Shown here: piece after piece, positions 26,050 to 34,235 of the stretch
Layout of the letters: the number at the start of each line of letters is the position of its first letter
How positions within the stretch are numbered: the first letter of the stretch is position 1
Source of the DNA: Kiritimatiellia bacterium
GTDB taxonomy: Bacteria; Verrucomicrobiota; Kiritimatiellia; RFP12; UBA1067
Direction: 5' to 3'
Assembly: GCA_017411125.1 (NCBI GenBank)
Contig: JAFPNP010000097.1
Span: 1-45,494 of the forward strand
Length of the DNA: 45,494 nucleotides
Notes under the pieces: model-generated
Database searches by the model: none
What the model was told of the DNA's origin: nothing
What the model saw: the letters and a program-made list of their open reading frames with translations, nothing else
Position numbers and translations under genes: made by a program

Positions 26050-27309
26050 TCAGCCCTCGACCTTCTTGAACACCAGAACGCCGTTGTGCCCGCCGAAGCC
26101 GAGCGACGTGGACACCGCCACGCGGATGTCGCGCGCAACGCCCTTGTTCGGCGTGTAGTTCAGGTCGCACTCCGGGTCGGGCGTTTCGTAGTTTATCGTC
26201 GGAGGCACGAAGCCGTCCTCTATCGCCAACGCGCAGAACGCGGCCTCGAGGGCGCCGGTGGCGCCGAGCAGGTGGCCGGTCATGGATTTGGTGGACGATA
26301 TGTTGATGTCCTTCGCCCGCTCGCCGAACACTTCCTTGAACGCCTTCGTCTCCATGACGTCGTTCAGATGCGTGGACGTGCCGTGCGCGTTGATGTAGTC
26401 GACGGTCGAAAGATCGTCCACTCCGGCGTCCTTCAGCGCAATCTTGATCGCCTTGACGGCTCCCGCTCCGGTCGGATCCGGCGCGGTGATGTGGTATGCG
26501 TCTGACGTAGCTCCGTACCCGGCGAGCTCGCAATAGACCTTCGCGCCGCGCGCCTTGGCATGTTCTTCGGTTTCGAGGATGAGCATTGCCGCGCCTTCGC
26601 CCATCACGAAACCGCAGCGGTCCGCGTTGAACGGGCGCGACGCCTTTTCGGGGCAGTCGTTGAACTGCGTCGCGAGCGCCTTCATCTTCATGAATCCGCC
26701 CACGGCGAACTCGAGTATCGTGGCTTCGGTGCCGCCGGCGACCATCACGTCGGCGCGTCCGGCCCGCATGAGGTCGAGCGCCACGCCGAGCGCGTCGGTG
26801 GACGAGGCGCATGCGGTGACGACCACCTGCGCGGGACCTTTCGCGCCGAGCGCCATGGAGATGTTGCCGGCCGCCTCGTTGGCGATGAGTTCGGGAATGG
26901 CGAGCGGCGAAAGACGGTCCGGGCCGCGGTCGAAGAGCGTCTTCCACGCTTCGCCCGTGGTCTGCATGCCGCCTATGCCGTTGCCGACCATCGTGCCTAC
27001 GCGGTCCATGTCCGGTTTGTTGCCGTCCGTGAAGCCGGCGTCCTTCCACGCTTCCATTGCGGCGGCGACGCCGTATATGGAAAACGGATCCATGTGGCGC
27101 GCGGCCTTGCGGTCCACGTAGCCGGTCTCGGCAAGATACGCGTCGAAGTCCTTGAGTTCGCCGGCGACCTGGCATGTGCAACGAGACGGATCGAATTTGG
27201 TGATGCGCCCGATTCCGCACTTTCCTTCCTTTACAGCGCTCCAGCTGGCCGCTTTTCCGTTGCCCACCGGCGTTACCATGCCGATGCCCGTGATGACTAT
27301 TTTCTTCAT
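26050..27309 (-). CDS. fabF: Beta-ketoacyl-ACP synthase II
   Basis: MKKIVITGIGMVTPVGNG..., active-site VVTACASSTDALG, HGTSTHLND, SLGFGGHNGVLVF. Confidence 0.9.
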   Translation of the reverse strand: MKKIVITGIGMVTPVGNGKAASWSAVKEGKCGIGRITKFDPSRCTCQVAGELKDFDAYLAETGYVDRKAARHMDPFSIYGVAAAMEAWKDAGFTDGNKPDMDRVGTMVGNGIGGMQTTGEAWKTLFDRGPDRLSPLAIPELIANEAAGNISMALGAKGPAQVVVTACASSTDALGVALDLMRAGRADVMVAGGTEATILEFAVGGFMKMKALATQFNDCPEKASRPFNADRCGFVMGEGAAMLILETEEHAKARGAKVYCELAGYGATSDAYHITAPDPTGAGAVKAIKIALKDAGVDDLSTVDYINAHGTSTHLNDVMETKAFKEVFGERAKDINISSTKSMTGHLLGATGALEAAFCALAIEDGFVPPTINYETPDPECDLNYTPNKGVARDIRVAVSTSLGFGGHNGVLVFKKVEG

Positions 27310-27331
27310 GTTCGTTTCCTTTCGATCGATG

Positions 27332-28315
27332 TCAGAGATGCGGCCACTGCATGTATGTGCCCGCGTATGTGAGGCCTGCGCCGAAACCGCAGAGTACTAT
27401 TTTCGCGCCGTCGCGCAGCTCTCCCTTGCGCACGGCTTCGTCCAGCGCGACGGGAATCGAGGCGGCGGAGGTGTTCCCCGTCGTCTCCAGATTGAGAAAG
27501 AACTTGCCTATCGGAAGTTTCATGCGGCGGGCCACCGCCTCGATGATGCGCCCGTTCGCCTGGTGCGCGAACACGCGGTCGAGTTCCGCGGGGACTGTGC
27601 CGAGCTTCTCGCAGAGCTGGTTCGTCACCTTCGCGAGGGAACGGACGGCGAACGCGAACACGTCGTGCCCCTGGAGCATGAGGTAAGGGATGGGAAGCAT
27701 TCCCGGCTGAGACGGGAGGCGGGTTCCGCCTTCGCGGTAGATGAAACGCGCCCCGTTGCCGTCCGCCCACAGGATGGAATGCGCCGAAGGGCCGTCCTCG
27801 CCCGGCGCGTCGCCCACCACTACCGCGCCCGCTCCGTCGCCGAACAGGATGCAGCTGCCCCTGTCGCGCCAGTCCACGATTCGAGTGAGCGTTTCGGCGC
27901 CGACGACGAGAGCCTTCTTGCCGGAATTGCAGCGCACCCAGCAACGCGCCTGTTCGAGGGCGTACACGAATCCTGCGCACGCAGCCTGAAGATCGTAGGC
28001 GCCCGTCTCGGCGCAGCCCAGCTCCGCCTGCACCAGACAGGCCGTGGAGGGAAAAGTCGCGTAGTCAGGCGTGGACGTGGCCACTATGACAAGGCCGATT
28101 TCGGACGGTTCGACCTTCGCCGCTTCGAGCGCGCGCCGCGCGGCCTTGGCTGCCATGGACGACGTGCTGTCGCCCTCTTCCGCTACGTGGCGCGAATGGA
28201 TGCCGGTGTGGGAGTATATCCACTCGTCGGAAGTGTCCAGAGTCTTCGCGAGATCGTCGTTCGTGACGACCTTCGGCGGCAGATAGCTGCCTGTTCCAAG
28301 AATTTTCACGGCCAT
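27332..28315 (-). CDS. fabH: Beta-ketoacyl-ACP synthase III
   Basis: SDEWIYSHTGIHSRH, active-site LQAACAGFVYAL, FAHQANGRII, GFGAGLTY. Confidence 0.9.
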   Translation of the reverse strand: MAVKILGTGSYLPPKVVTNDDLAKTLDTSDEWIYSHTGIHSRHVAEEGDSTSSMAAKAARRALEAAKVEPSEIGLVIVATSTPDYATFPSTACLVQAELGCAETGAYDLQAACAGFVYALEQARCWVRCNSGKKALVVGAETLTRIVDWRDRGSCILFGDGAGAVVVGDAPGEDGPSAHSILWADGNGARFIYREGGTRLPSQPGMLPIPYLMLQGHDVFAFAVRSLAKVTNQLCEKLGTVPAELDRVFAHQANGRIIEAVARRMKLPIGKFFLNLETTGNTSAASIPVALDEAVRKGELRDGAKIVLCGFGAGLTYAGTYMQWPHL

Positions 28316-28321
28316 GCTAGT

Positions 28322-30157
28322 TCATGTCCTTTCCTTTTCGGATTGCGCCTGTCCCGGCGTGAAAAGCGACCGCATCTCCTCCAGTCCGGGAACCTTGGAC
28401 AGCACGAACTCGCGGCAGGTCGCGTAGATTTCCGCCGCCGTGCGCGACGGGCCGGCCTTGCGGACGCGGGCCGCCAGTTCCCTGGCGTCGCTGGCGGAAA
28501 CCGATTGCAGGATTTTCCTGAGAAACGGTATGTATCCCGCGCTCATGGAAAGTTCCGTCACGCCGATTCCCGCCCATAAAAGTCCCATGACCGGGTCGGA
28601 GGCCGATTCCCCGCACACGGCGACGGGAATCCCGGCCCCGCGCGCCGCGTCCACCGTCATTCCAACGAGCCTGACGACGGCGGGGTTCGCCGGCTGGTAG
28701 AGATACGACACCTTCTCGTTCGCGCGGTCCGCCGCCATTGTGTACTGCACGAGGTCGTTGGTGCCGATGGAAAAGAAATCGCACTCCTTCGCGAACGCAT
28801 CCGCATTGAGCGCGGCGGACGGCACCTCCACCATCATGCCTCTCCGGATGTTTTTGTCGAAAGGCGTGTTCCGTGCGCGGAGCTCGCCCTTGGCGCGTTC
28901 CAGTTCGGCGTTCGCCTCGCGCAGCTCTTCGAGCGTCGCGACCATCGGATACATCACGGCGCTCGGCCCGCACGCGCTGGCACGCAGTATGGCGCGGAGC
29001 TGCGCCCGAAAGGTATCGCGGTGCGAAAGAAGATAGCGTATGGACCTGTTGCCGAGGAACGGATTGGCTTCCCGCGCCTCCTGCCCGCGCTGCAGTTTGT
29101 CGCCGCCGAGATCGAGCGCCCTGAACACCGCGCGGGCGCCGTCGCCGAGCTGCGCGGCGGCGCGGGTCGCTTCGGAGTAGGCGGACGTCTGTTCGTCCTC
29201 GCCGGGGTCTGCGTCCTTGCCGAGCCAAAGGTATTCGCTGCGGTACAGCCCAATGCCCTGGGCGCCCGACGACGCGAGATTCGAGAGCGACACGCCGGGC
29301 TGCGTGTTGGCGCACAGCCTCACCGCGGACGCGATGGACGATTCCGCCGAGGCGCACTCTCTGGCCAGCTCCGCGCGAAGTCTCCGTTCGCGCCTCGCCT
29401 GGCGGTCGAACATGGCGCGCGACTGCGCGTCCGGATTGATGGTGACGACGCCGGAGGTGCCGTCCACGAGCACGAAGTCGCCGGCGTGCGTCTTGGACGT
29501 GATGTCGCCAAGCCCTACCACGGCCGGAATCCCGAGCGCGCGCGCGAGCAGCGCCACGTGGGACGTGGACGAGCCGCGGTTCGTCGCGAAGCCGAGAATA
29601 AGGTCGCGGGGGAAGGTGACGGTCTCGGACGGAGTGAGGTCGTCCGCGATCACGACCACCGGACTAGACACATGGTCGAACGCCGATTCCCCGCAGTCCA
29701 TGAGAATGCGGATGAGGCGGTTTTCTATGTCCTCCACGTCCCGCTGGCGTTCGCGCAGGTACGGATCCTTCATCTTCGCGAACATGGCGCGGAACTCGTC
29801 CGTCGTGCGGCGTATCGCGGCTTCCGCGTTCAGGCGTTCTTTCTCTATCCTGCGGACGACGGCGGAGTCGGCCACGGGGTCGTCGAGGAGGAGCAGATGG
29901 TTCGTGAGCACGTCGGTCGCGATGCCGTCGGCGTTCGATTTGAACTTCGCCGCCAGCTCCTCTATCTGGCGGCGCGCTTCGGCGCGGGCCGCCCGGTAGC
30001 GTTCAAGCTCCGCCGCCACGCCGGCTTCGGGAAGCACGTACTCCGGAAGGGCGATGTCGCTACTCTTCGAATACATGAACACGGCCCCGGCGGCCAGACC
30101 GCGGGATGCGGCCAGCCCGGACACGGAAACAGCCTGTACCGCAGGGCTTTCCGGCAT
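28322..30157 (-). CDS. ptsI: Phosphoenolpyruvate-protein phosphotransferase (PTS enzyme I)
   Basis: Trimmed to ATG 30157 (MPESPAVQAVSVSGLAASRGLAAG), 23 nt after the ptsH stop. Phospho-His region GSSTSHVALLARALGIPAVVG. PEP-utilizer C-domain motifs (RSEYLW, FFSIGTNDLVQY). Confidence 0.9.
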   Translation of the reverse strand: MPESPAVQAVSVSGLAASRGLAAGAVFMYSKSSDIALPEYVLPEAGVAAELERYRAARAEARRQIEELAAKFKSNADGIATDVLTNHLLLLDDPVADSAVVRRIEKERLNAEAAIRRTTDEFRAMFAKMKDPYLRERQRDVEDIENRLIRILMDCGESAFDHVSSPVVVIADDLTPSETVTFPRDLILGFATNRGSSTSHVALLARALGIPAVVGLGDITSKTHAGDFVLVDGTSGVVTINPDAQSRAMFDRQARRERRLRAELARECASAESSIASAVRLCANTQPGVSLSNLASSGAQGIGLYRSEYLWLGKDADPGEDEQTSAYSEATRAAAQLGDGARAVFRALDLGGDKLQRGQEAREANPFLGNRSIRYLLSHRDTFRAQLRAILRASACGPSAVMYPMVATLEELREANAELERAKGELRARNTPFDKNIRRGMMVEVPSAALNADAFAKECDFFSIGTNDLVQYTMAADRANEKVSYLYQPANPAVVRLVGMTVDAARGAGIPVAVCGESASDPVMGLLWAGIGVTELSMSAGYIPFLRKILQSVSASDARELAARVRKAGPSRTAAEIYATCREFVLSKVPGLEEMRSLFTPGQAQSEKERT

Positions 30158-30180
30158 GGCGTGCGTGTGCGCGGCGTCGC

Positions 30181-30468
30181 TCACTGTTCGTCCGGAATGT
30201 CGAACTTGCGTTCCACGAGGGCTTCCAGCTCGTCGAGCGCTTCCTTGGCCTGCGGCCCGCTGGCCGTCACCTTCAGCGCCGTCCCGCACACGGCTTCGAG
30301 CGTCATGAGCGCCATGATGGACTTGCCGCTCACCACGTTGCCGTCCTTTTCCACCTCGACTTCCGCGTCGAAGCGCGAGGCGACCTTGGCGAAAAGCCCG
30401 GCGGGGCGCACGTGCATCCCGTACTTGTTCCTGAGCGTAAACTCCCTTGTCAGTTTGTCATCGGCCAT
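30181..30468 (-). CDS. ptsH: Phosphocarrier protein HPr
   Basis: 95 aa. His-15 motif YGMHVRPA and Ser-46 motif GKSIMALM are both present. The start overlaps the hprK stop by 11 nt (ATGGCCGATGA). Confidence 0.9.
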   Translation of the reverse strand: MADDKLTREFTLRNKYGMHVRPAGLFAKVASRFDAEVEVEKDGNVVSGKSIMALMTLEAVCGTALKVTASGPQAKEALDELEALVERKFDIPDEQ

Positions 30469-31453
30469 TTTGCTCTCCCTTGTGCTGTTCGCCGGCGACG
30501 GCGCGGGCGCAAAGTCGCCCGTCGAGGTCTTTCACGGCGTCGTAGCCGCTGGCCAGCAGCTTGTACTGCTGCGCGGCGGTTTCAATCAGATTCACCAGAT
30601 CGCGCCCGGCCGAGACCGGGATCGTGATCTGCGGCACATCCACTCCGAGGATCGTGCGCACGTGGCGTTCCTGTCCGGAGCGGTCGAGTTCGCCGGCCAC
30701 GTCCTCCAGGCGCCGCAGGGATACGACGAGGTCTAGCCTCTTCTCCCCGCGCACAGCCGTCACGCCGAAGATCTTCGGCACGTTGATGATGCCTATTCCG
30801 CGGATTTCCATGTAGTTGCGCGTCGTCTCGCTCGCGGATGCGAAGAGCGCGTTTATCGCCACGTCCTTGCGTATGCAGGTGAAGTCGTCCGCCACCAGCG
30901 CGTTTCCGCGCTTCACGAGCCCGAGGGCCGTTTCGCTCTTGCCGAGGCCGGGCGCGCCTTCTATCATCACGCCGAGCCCCGCCACTTCCACGGTGGTGGC
31001 GTACATACGCGCCGCAGGCGCGCGCAGCGTTTCCAGCACGAACGTGCTCTGGTGGAAGAATTCCCGCGTGAGGAGATCCGTGCGCATCAAGGCCGCGCCG
31101 GCGGCTTCCGCCGCGGCGGCGAGCCCGTCAGGCACTTTCATTCCGTTGGCGAGGATTATGCAGTACGCGCCCCGCTCGAAGAGCGCCTTGACGCGCTCGA
31201 GGGATTCGCCGGCCGGAAAGCTTTCCAGATAGGCCCGCTCGGCCTGCCCGATGACCTGCAGCCGGCGCCAGGCGAAACACCCGTAGAAGCCGGTGAGGGC
31301 GAGGCCGGGGCGGTTGCACATTGGCTCGAGCACTTCGCGCTCCAGTCCGCCGCCGCCGACGACTACGTCCAGATGCAGACGTTCGCGCCCCGCGTAGACG
31401 AAGTCTTGCAGGGTGAACGTCCGCGTTCCGGCTTCTTTGCAGGTTTCCGCCAT
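30458..31453 (-). CDS. hprK: HPr kinase/phosphorylase
   Basis: Walker-A-like GVMIEGAPGLGKSETALGLVKRGNALVADD plus downstream IRGIGIINV, typical of HprK/P. Confidence 0.9.
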   Translation of the reverse strand: MAETCKEAGTRTFTLQDFVYAGRERLHLDVVVGGGGLEREVLEPMCNRPGLALTGFYGCFAWRRLQVIGQAERAYLESFPAGESLERVKALFERGAYCIILANGMKVPDGLAAAAEAAGAALMRTDLLTREFFHQSTFVLETLRAPAARMYATTVEVAGLGVMIEGAPGLGKSETALGLVKRGNALVADDFTCIRKDVAINALFASASETTRNYMEIRGIGIINVPKIFGVTAVRGEKRLDLVVSLRRLEDVAGELDRSGQERHVRTILGVDVPQITIPVSAGRDLVNLIETAAQQYKLLASGYDAVKDLDGRLCARAVAGEQHKGEQNGR

Positions 31454-31471
31454 CGCTTCCTCCGCAGGGCG

Positions 31472-31807
31472 TCAGTTGCGCGGCGAACCGGCGCGCGCGG
31501 CGCGCACGTTGCCCTTGCGCGCCTTGACGCGCATTTTCAGCAGCTGGCGTTCCGCGCGCGCGGCGGCGGCGTCGATGACGCTCTTGCCGGACTCGCTGAA
31601 TTCCTTGGCGCCCACTGCCGTCTCGCCGAGGCGGTTTGCCACGACTTCCGCCATGTACATGTGCTTTTTCACGTCCACGTCGATCACGATGTTCACCTTC
31701 GTGACCTTCGGAAAGGCCTTCTGGAGCTTCTCCATGCGCAGCTGCGCATACTCCTTGAGCGACTCGATTTTCACGTCGCTGTGGCGCATCGTTACTTCAA
31801 TACTCAT
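31472..31807 (-). CDS. hpf: Ribosome hibernation promoting factor (short HPF/RaiA, 'sigma-54 modulation protein' family)
   Basis: 111 aa. MSIEVTMRHSDVKIESLKEYAQLRMEKLQKAFPKV... matches the HPF beta-alpha-beta-beta-beta-alpha pattern. Conserved position downstream of lptB. Confidence 0.85.
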   Translation of the reverse strand: MSIEVTMRHSDVKIESLKEYAQLRMEKLQKAFPKVTKVNIVIDVDVKKHMYMAEVVANRLGETAVGAKEFSESGKSVIDAAAARAERQLLKMRVKARKGNVRAARAGSPRN

Positions 31808-31837
31808 CTTTTTGTCCTCCTTGTTTGTTGGTTCGTG

Positions 31838-32614
31838 TTACATCCTGAAATCTTCGCCGAGGTAGAGCCGGCGCGCGTCCTCGTCGCGCACGAGGTACTC
31901 GCTCGTGCCGTCGCAGAGCAGCCGGCCGTCGTACACCAGATAGGCGCGGTCGACGACGTTGAGCGTTTCGCGCACGTTGTGGTCCGTGATTATGATGCCG
32001 AGCCCCTGGTTGCGCAGGTTGCGCACTATTTCCTGTATGTCGTGCACCGCGAGCGGGTCCACGCCCGCGAACGGCTCGTCCAGCATGAGTATGGACGGTC
32101 TGCGCACGAGGGCGCGGGCGATTTCGAGCTTGCGCCGCTCGCCGCCGGAAAGCGTGTACGCCGGCTGCTTCGCCACTTTCATCAAGTCGAGGGACTCCAG
32201 CAGTTCCTCGCAGCGCGTCTTGCGGTCCGCGCGTTTCATGTCGAGCGTCTCGATGATCGCCATCACGTTGTTCCACACGCTGAGCTTGCGGAACACGCTC
32301 GCCTCCTGCGCAAGGTAGCCAAGCCCCTTGCGGGCGCGGAGGAATACGGGAAGCCCGGTGACGTCCTCGCCTCTGAACGTCACGCTTCCTTCGTCCGGGC
32401 GCACGAGCCCAACGATCATGTAGAACGTCGTCGTCTTCCCTGCGCCGTTCGGCCCGAGCAGCCCCACGATCTCCCCGCACCGCACGTCCATCGACATTCC
32501 GTTCACGACCGTGCGGTCGCCATACGACTTCACCAGGCCGGAGGCGACAAGGGCGGGAGCCTTCTCGCTTTCGCGCGCCATTTCGGTCATGGCCTTTATA
32601 ACGGGGTCGTCCAT
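31838..32614 (-). CDS. lptB: LPS export ABC transporter ATP-binding protein
   Basis: Walker A GLLGPNGAGKTT, signature LSGGERRKLEIARAL, Walker B ILMLDEPFAGVD. Sits next to lptA and lptC. An alternative ATG at 32590 gives MTEMARE. Confidence 0.9.
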   Translation of the reverse strand: MDDPVIKAMTEMARESEKAPALVASGLVKSYGDRTVVNGMSMDVRCGEIVGLLGPNGAGKTTTFYMIVGLVRPDEGSVTFRGEDVTGLPVFLRARKGLGYLAQEASVFRKLSVWNNVMAIIETLDMKRADRKTRCEELLESLDLMKVAKQPAYTLSGGERRKLEIARALVRRPSILMLDEPFAGVDPLAVHDIQEIVRNLRNQGLGIIITDHNVRETLNVVDRAYLVYDGRLLCDGTSEYLVRDEDARRLYLGEDFRM

Positions 32615-32632
32615 CTCTTGCGCTGTCTCCGT

Positions 32633-33697
32633 CTATTTCGCCTGTTCGAGCATTTTCCGGGGATCCTTCCCCTTGAGGGCGCCGCCCGGCAGGCGCACGG
32701 CGGACTCCTCCACCGACACCTGCTCCGCGTCCAGCCAGAAAGTGATCTTCTTGCCCTCTACCATTCCGCCGCGCTGCGACGGATCCTGCAGCTTCGCGTA
32801 GGACGTCTCGTCGCCGTACATCACGATCTTGGACGCCGCCTTCGTGAACACGGCCCGCGAACAGGTGGCCGTGCGCTGCTCGTTCGTGATCGAGACATTG
32901 CCCAGCGCCACGATCCGCTTGAGGTCGTTCGTTCCGTCCAGGAACACGAAAAGGCGGTCGGCGTGCATTTTGTACTGCTCGTCGTCCACGAACACGTTGC
33001 GGTCGAAGAGGATGACGCCCTCCTTGCGGTCGTAGTCCGTGCGTTCGCTCGTGATGACGGCTTCCCGTCCCGTGCGCGCGGCGGCTTTCTTCTCTTCCTT
33101 TTTCTTGTCGCGGGCCTTCTCTTCGGCGGCTTTCTTTTCCGCAGCGGCTTTCGCCTCTGCTTCCGCACGGGCCTTTTCTTCTGCGGCCTTCTTCTCCGCA
33201 GCGGCTTTCGCCTCCGCTTCTACGCGGGCTTTCTCTTCGGCGGCCTTCTTCTCCGCAGCGGCTTTCGCCTCTGCCTCCGCGCGGGCTTTATCTTCTGCGG
33301 CCTTCTTTTCCGCAGCGGCTTTCGCCTCTGCCTCCGCGCGGGCTTTATCTTCGGCGGCCTTCTTCTCCGCAGCGGCTTTCGCCTCCGCTTCTGCGCGGGC
33401 CTTTTCTTCTGCGGCCTTCTTCTCCGCAGCGGCTTTCGCCTCTGCTTCTGCGTGGGCTTTCTCTTCGGCGGCCTTCTTCTCCGCAGCGGCTTTCGCCTCC
33501 GCTTCTGCGCGGGCTTTCTCTTCGGCGGCCTTCTTCTCCGCAGCGGCTTTCGCTTTGCCGTCTTGATCAGGTTTGCGCAACATTATGTCGTCCGGATTGG
33601 CGTTGGCCGGCGTCTGCACCATCAGGTCGGACAAATCAGCCGCATTGGCGGCTGCCGCGCACGCCACGCCTGCGATTATGAACGAAACGATTTTCAC
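32633..33697 (-). CDS. lptA: LptA/OstA-family periplasmic LPS transport protein with an N-terminal Ala/Glu/Lys-rich repeat region
   Basis: GTG start at 33697 overlapping the lptC stop (GTGA). Signal peptide (M)KIVSFIIAGVACAAAANA. ~150 aa of 18-aa repeats. Then the OstA_N-like domain (VITSERTDYDRKEGVILFDRNVFVDDEQYKMHADRLFVFL...GNVSITNEQRTATCSRAVF...KIVMYGD). Confidence 0.7.
   Translation of the reverse strand: MKIVSFIIAGVACAAAANAADLSDLMVQTPANANPDDIMLRKPDQDGKAKAAAEKKAAEEKARAEAEAKAAAEKKAAEEKAHAEAEAKAAAEKKAAEEKARAEAEAKAAAEKKAAEDKARAEAEAKAAAEKKAAEDKARAEAEAKAAAEKKAAEEKARVEAEAKAAAEKKAAEEKARAEAEAKAAAEKKAAEEKARDKKKEEKKAAARTGREAVITSERTDYDRKEGVILFDRNVFVDDEQYKMHADRLFVFLDGTNDLKRIVALGNVSITNEQRTATCSRAVFTKAASKIVMYGDETSYAKLQDPSQRGGMVEGKKITFWLDAEQVSVEESAVRLPGGALKGKDPRKMLEQAK
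33097..33556 (-). repeat. Coding tandem repeat, 54-bp unit, about 7.6 copies (18-aa unit AAEKKAAE(E/D)KARAEAEAK)
   Basis: Near-identical 54-nt units are readable on the plus strand (cttctccgcagcggctttcgcctccgcttctgcgcgggctttctcttcggcggc). Boundaries are approximate, within about 10 nt. Confidence 0.85.
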
Positions 33698-34230
33698 TTG
33701 ACCATTCTCCCTGGATTGATTTTAGCTCCCTTGGTCCTTATTTCCGACTGCGAGAATATCTTGATGAACTCACGCGTCAGAGAAAAGTAGATGCCGCGGC
33801 CTTTCACGGTCGAGTCGCCGTATGTCATGTTCGCATTGCCGTCCACCCAGCCCGTCTTGGTGGTGCGGTCCACGAGGCAGTTCTCCGCGTCGAGGCTCGC
33901 GGTCATGTTCGTGCCGCCGGCATCGAACTGCTCCAGCCGTATCTTCTCCGCCCAGACGTATCCGGAATCGGGGAATATGTTCGCCCGCGCCGCCGTGATG
34001 CGCGATTTCACCTTGCCGTCGGGATAGGTCTCGAGCACCATCGAGACGTTCTCCGCCGGCGCGACGGCCTTCTTCGCGCATTCCGCGAAGGCCGTGCGCA
34101 GACGAAGCATGTCGGAGTCGTCGGCGCGTTCTGCGAGCCAGCGTTCGCTGGAGAACGCCGCCGCCGCGCACGCCGCGAGAGCGCACGCCGCCGCTGCAAT
34201 GGTTTTCCGCATTTCGTCCTTCGCCGCCAT
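33694..34230 (-). CDS. lptC: LPS export system protein LptC-like (membrane-anchored)
   Basis: Track ORF 33694..34764 trimmed to ATG 34230 (MAAKDEMRKTIAAAACALAACAAAAF, a TM anchor); ATG 34212 is an alternative. The beta-rich remainder and the position between kdsA and lptA fit LptC. Confidence 0.6.
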   Translation of the reverse strand: MAAKDEMRKTIAAAACALAACAAAAFSSERWLAERADDSDMLRLRTAFAECAKKAVAPAENVSMVLETYPDGKVKSRITAARANIFPDSGYVWAEKIRLEQFDAGGTNMTASLDAENCLVDRTTKTGWVDGNANMTYGDSTVKGRGIYFSLTREFIKIFSQSEIRTKGAKINPGRMVK

Positions 34231-34235
34231 GTCCG

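Noticed and set aside
31808-31837. Search for rpoN between lptB and hpf, and for ptsN, rapZ and npr after hpf.
   Set aside because: The spacer is 30 nt and the downstream genes are clearly hprK, ptsH and ptsI, so no sigma-54 gene or PTS-Ntr genes exist at this locus. Their absence from the whole genome cannot be judged from this window.
31052-33790. A 912-aa plus-strand ORF spanning hprK, hpf, lptB and lptA, and the 175-aa ORF 33039..33566 with FSSAAFFSAAAFASASARA repeats.
   Set aside because: It is the antisense reading of four well-supported minus-strand genes. The FSSAAFF repeat is simply the reverse-complement frame of the LptA AAEKKAAEEKARAEAEAK repeat.
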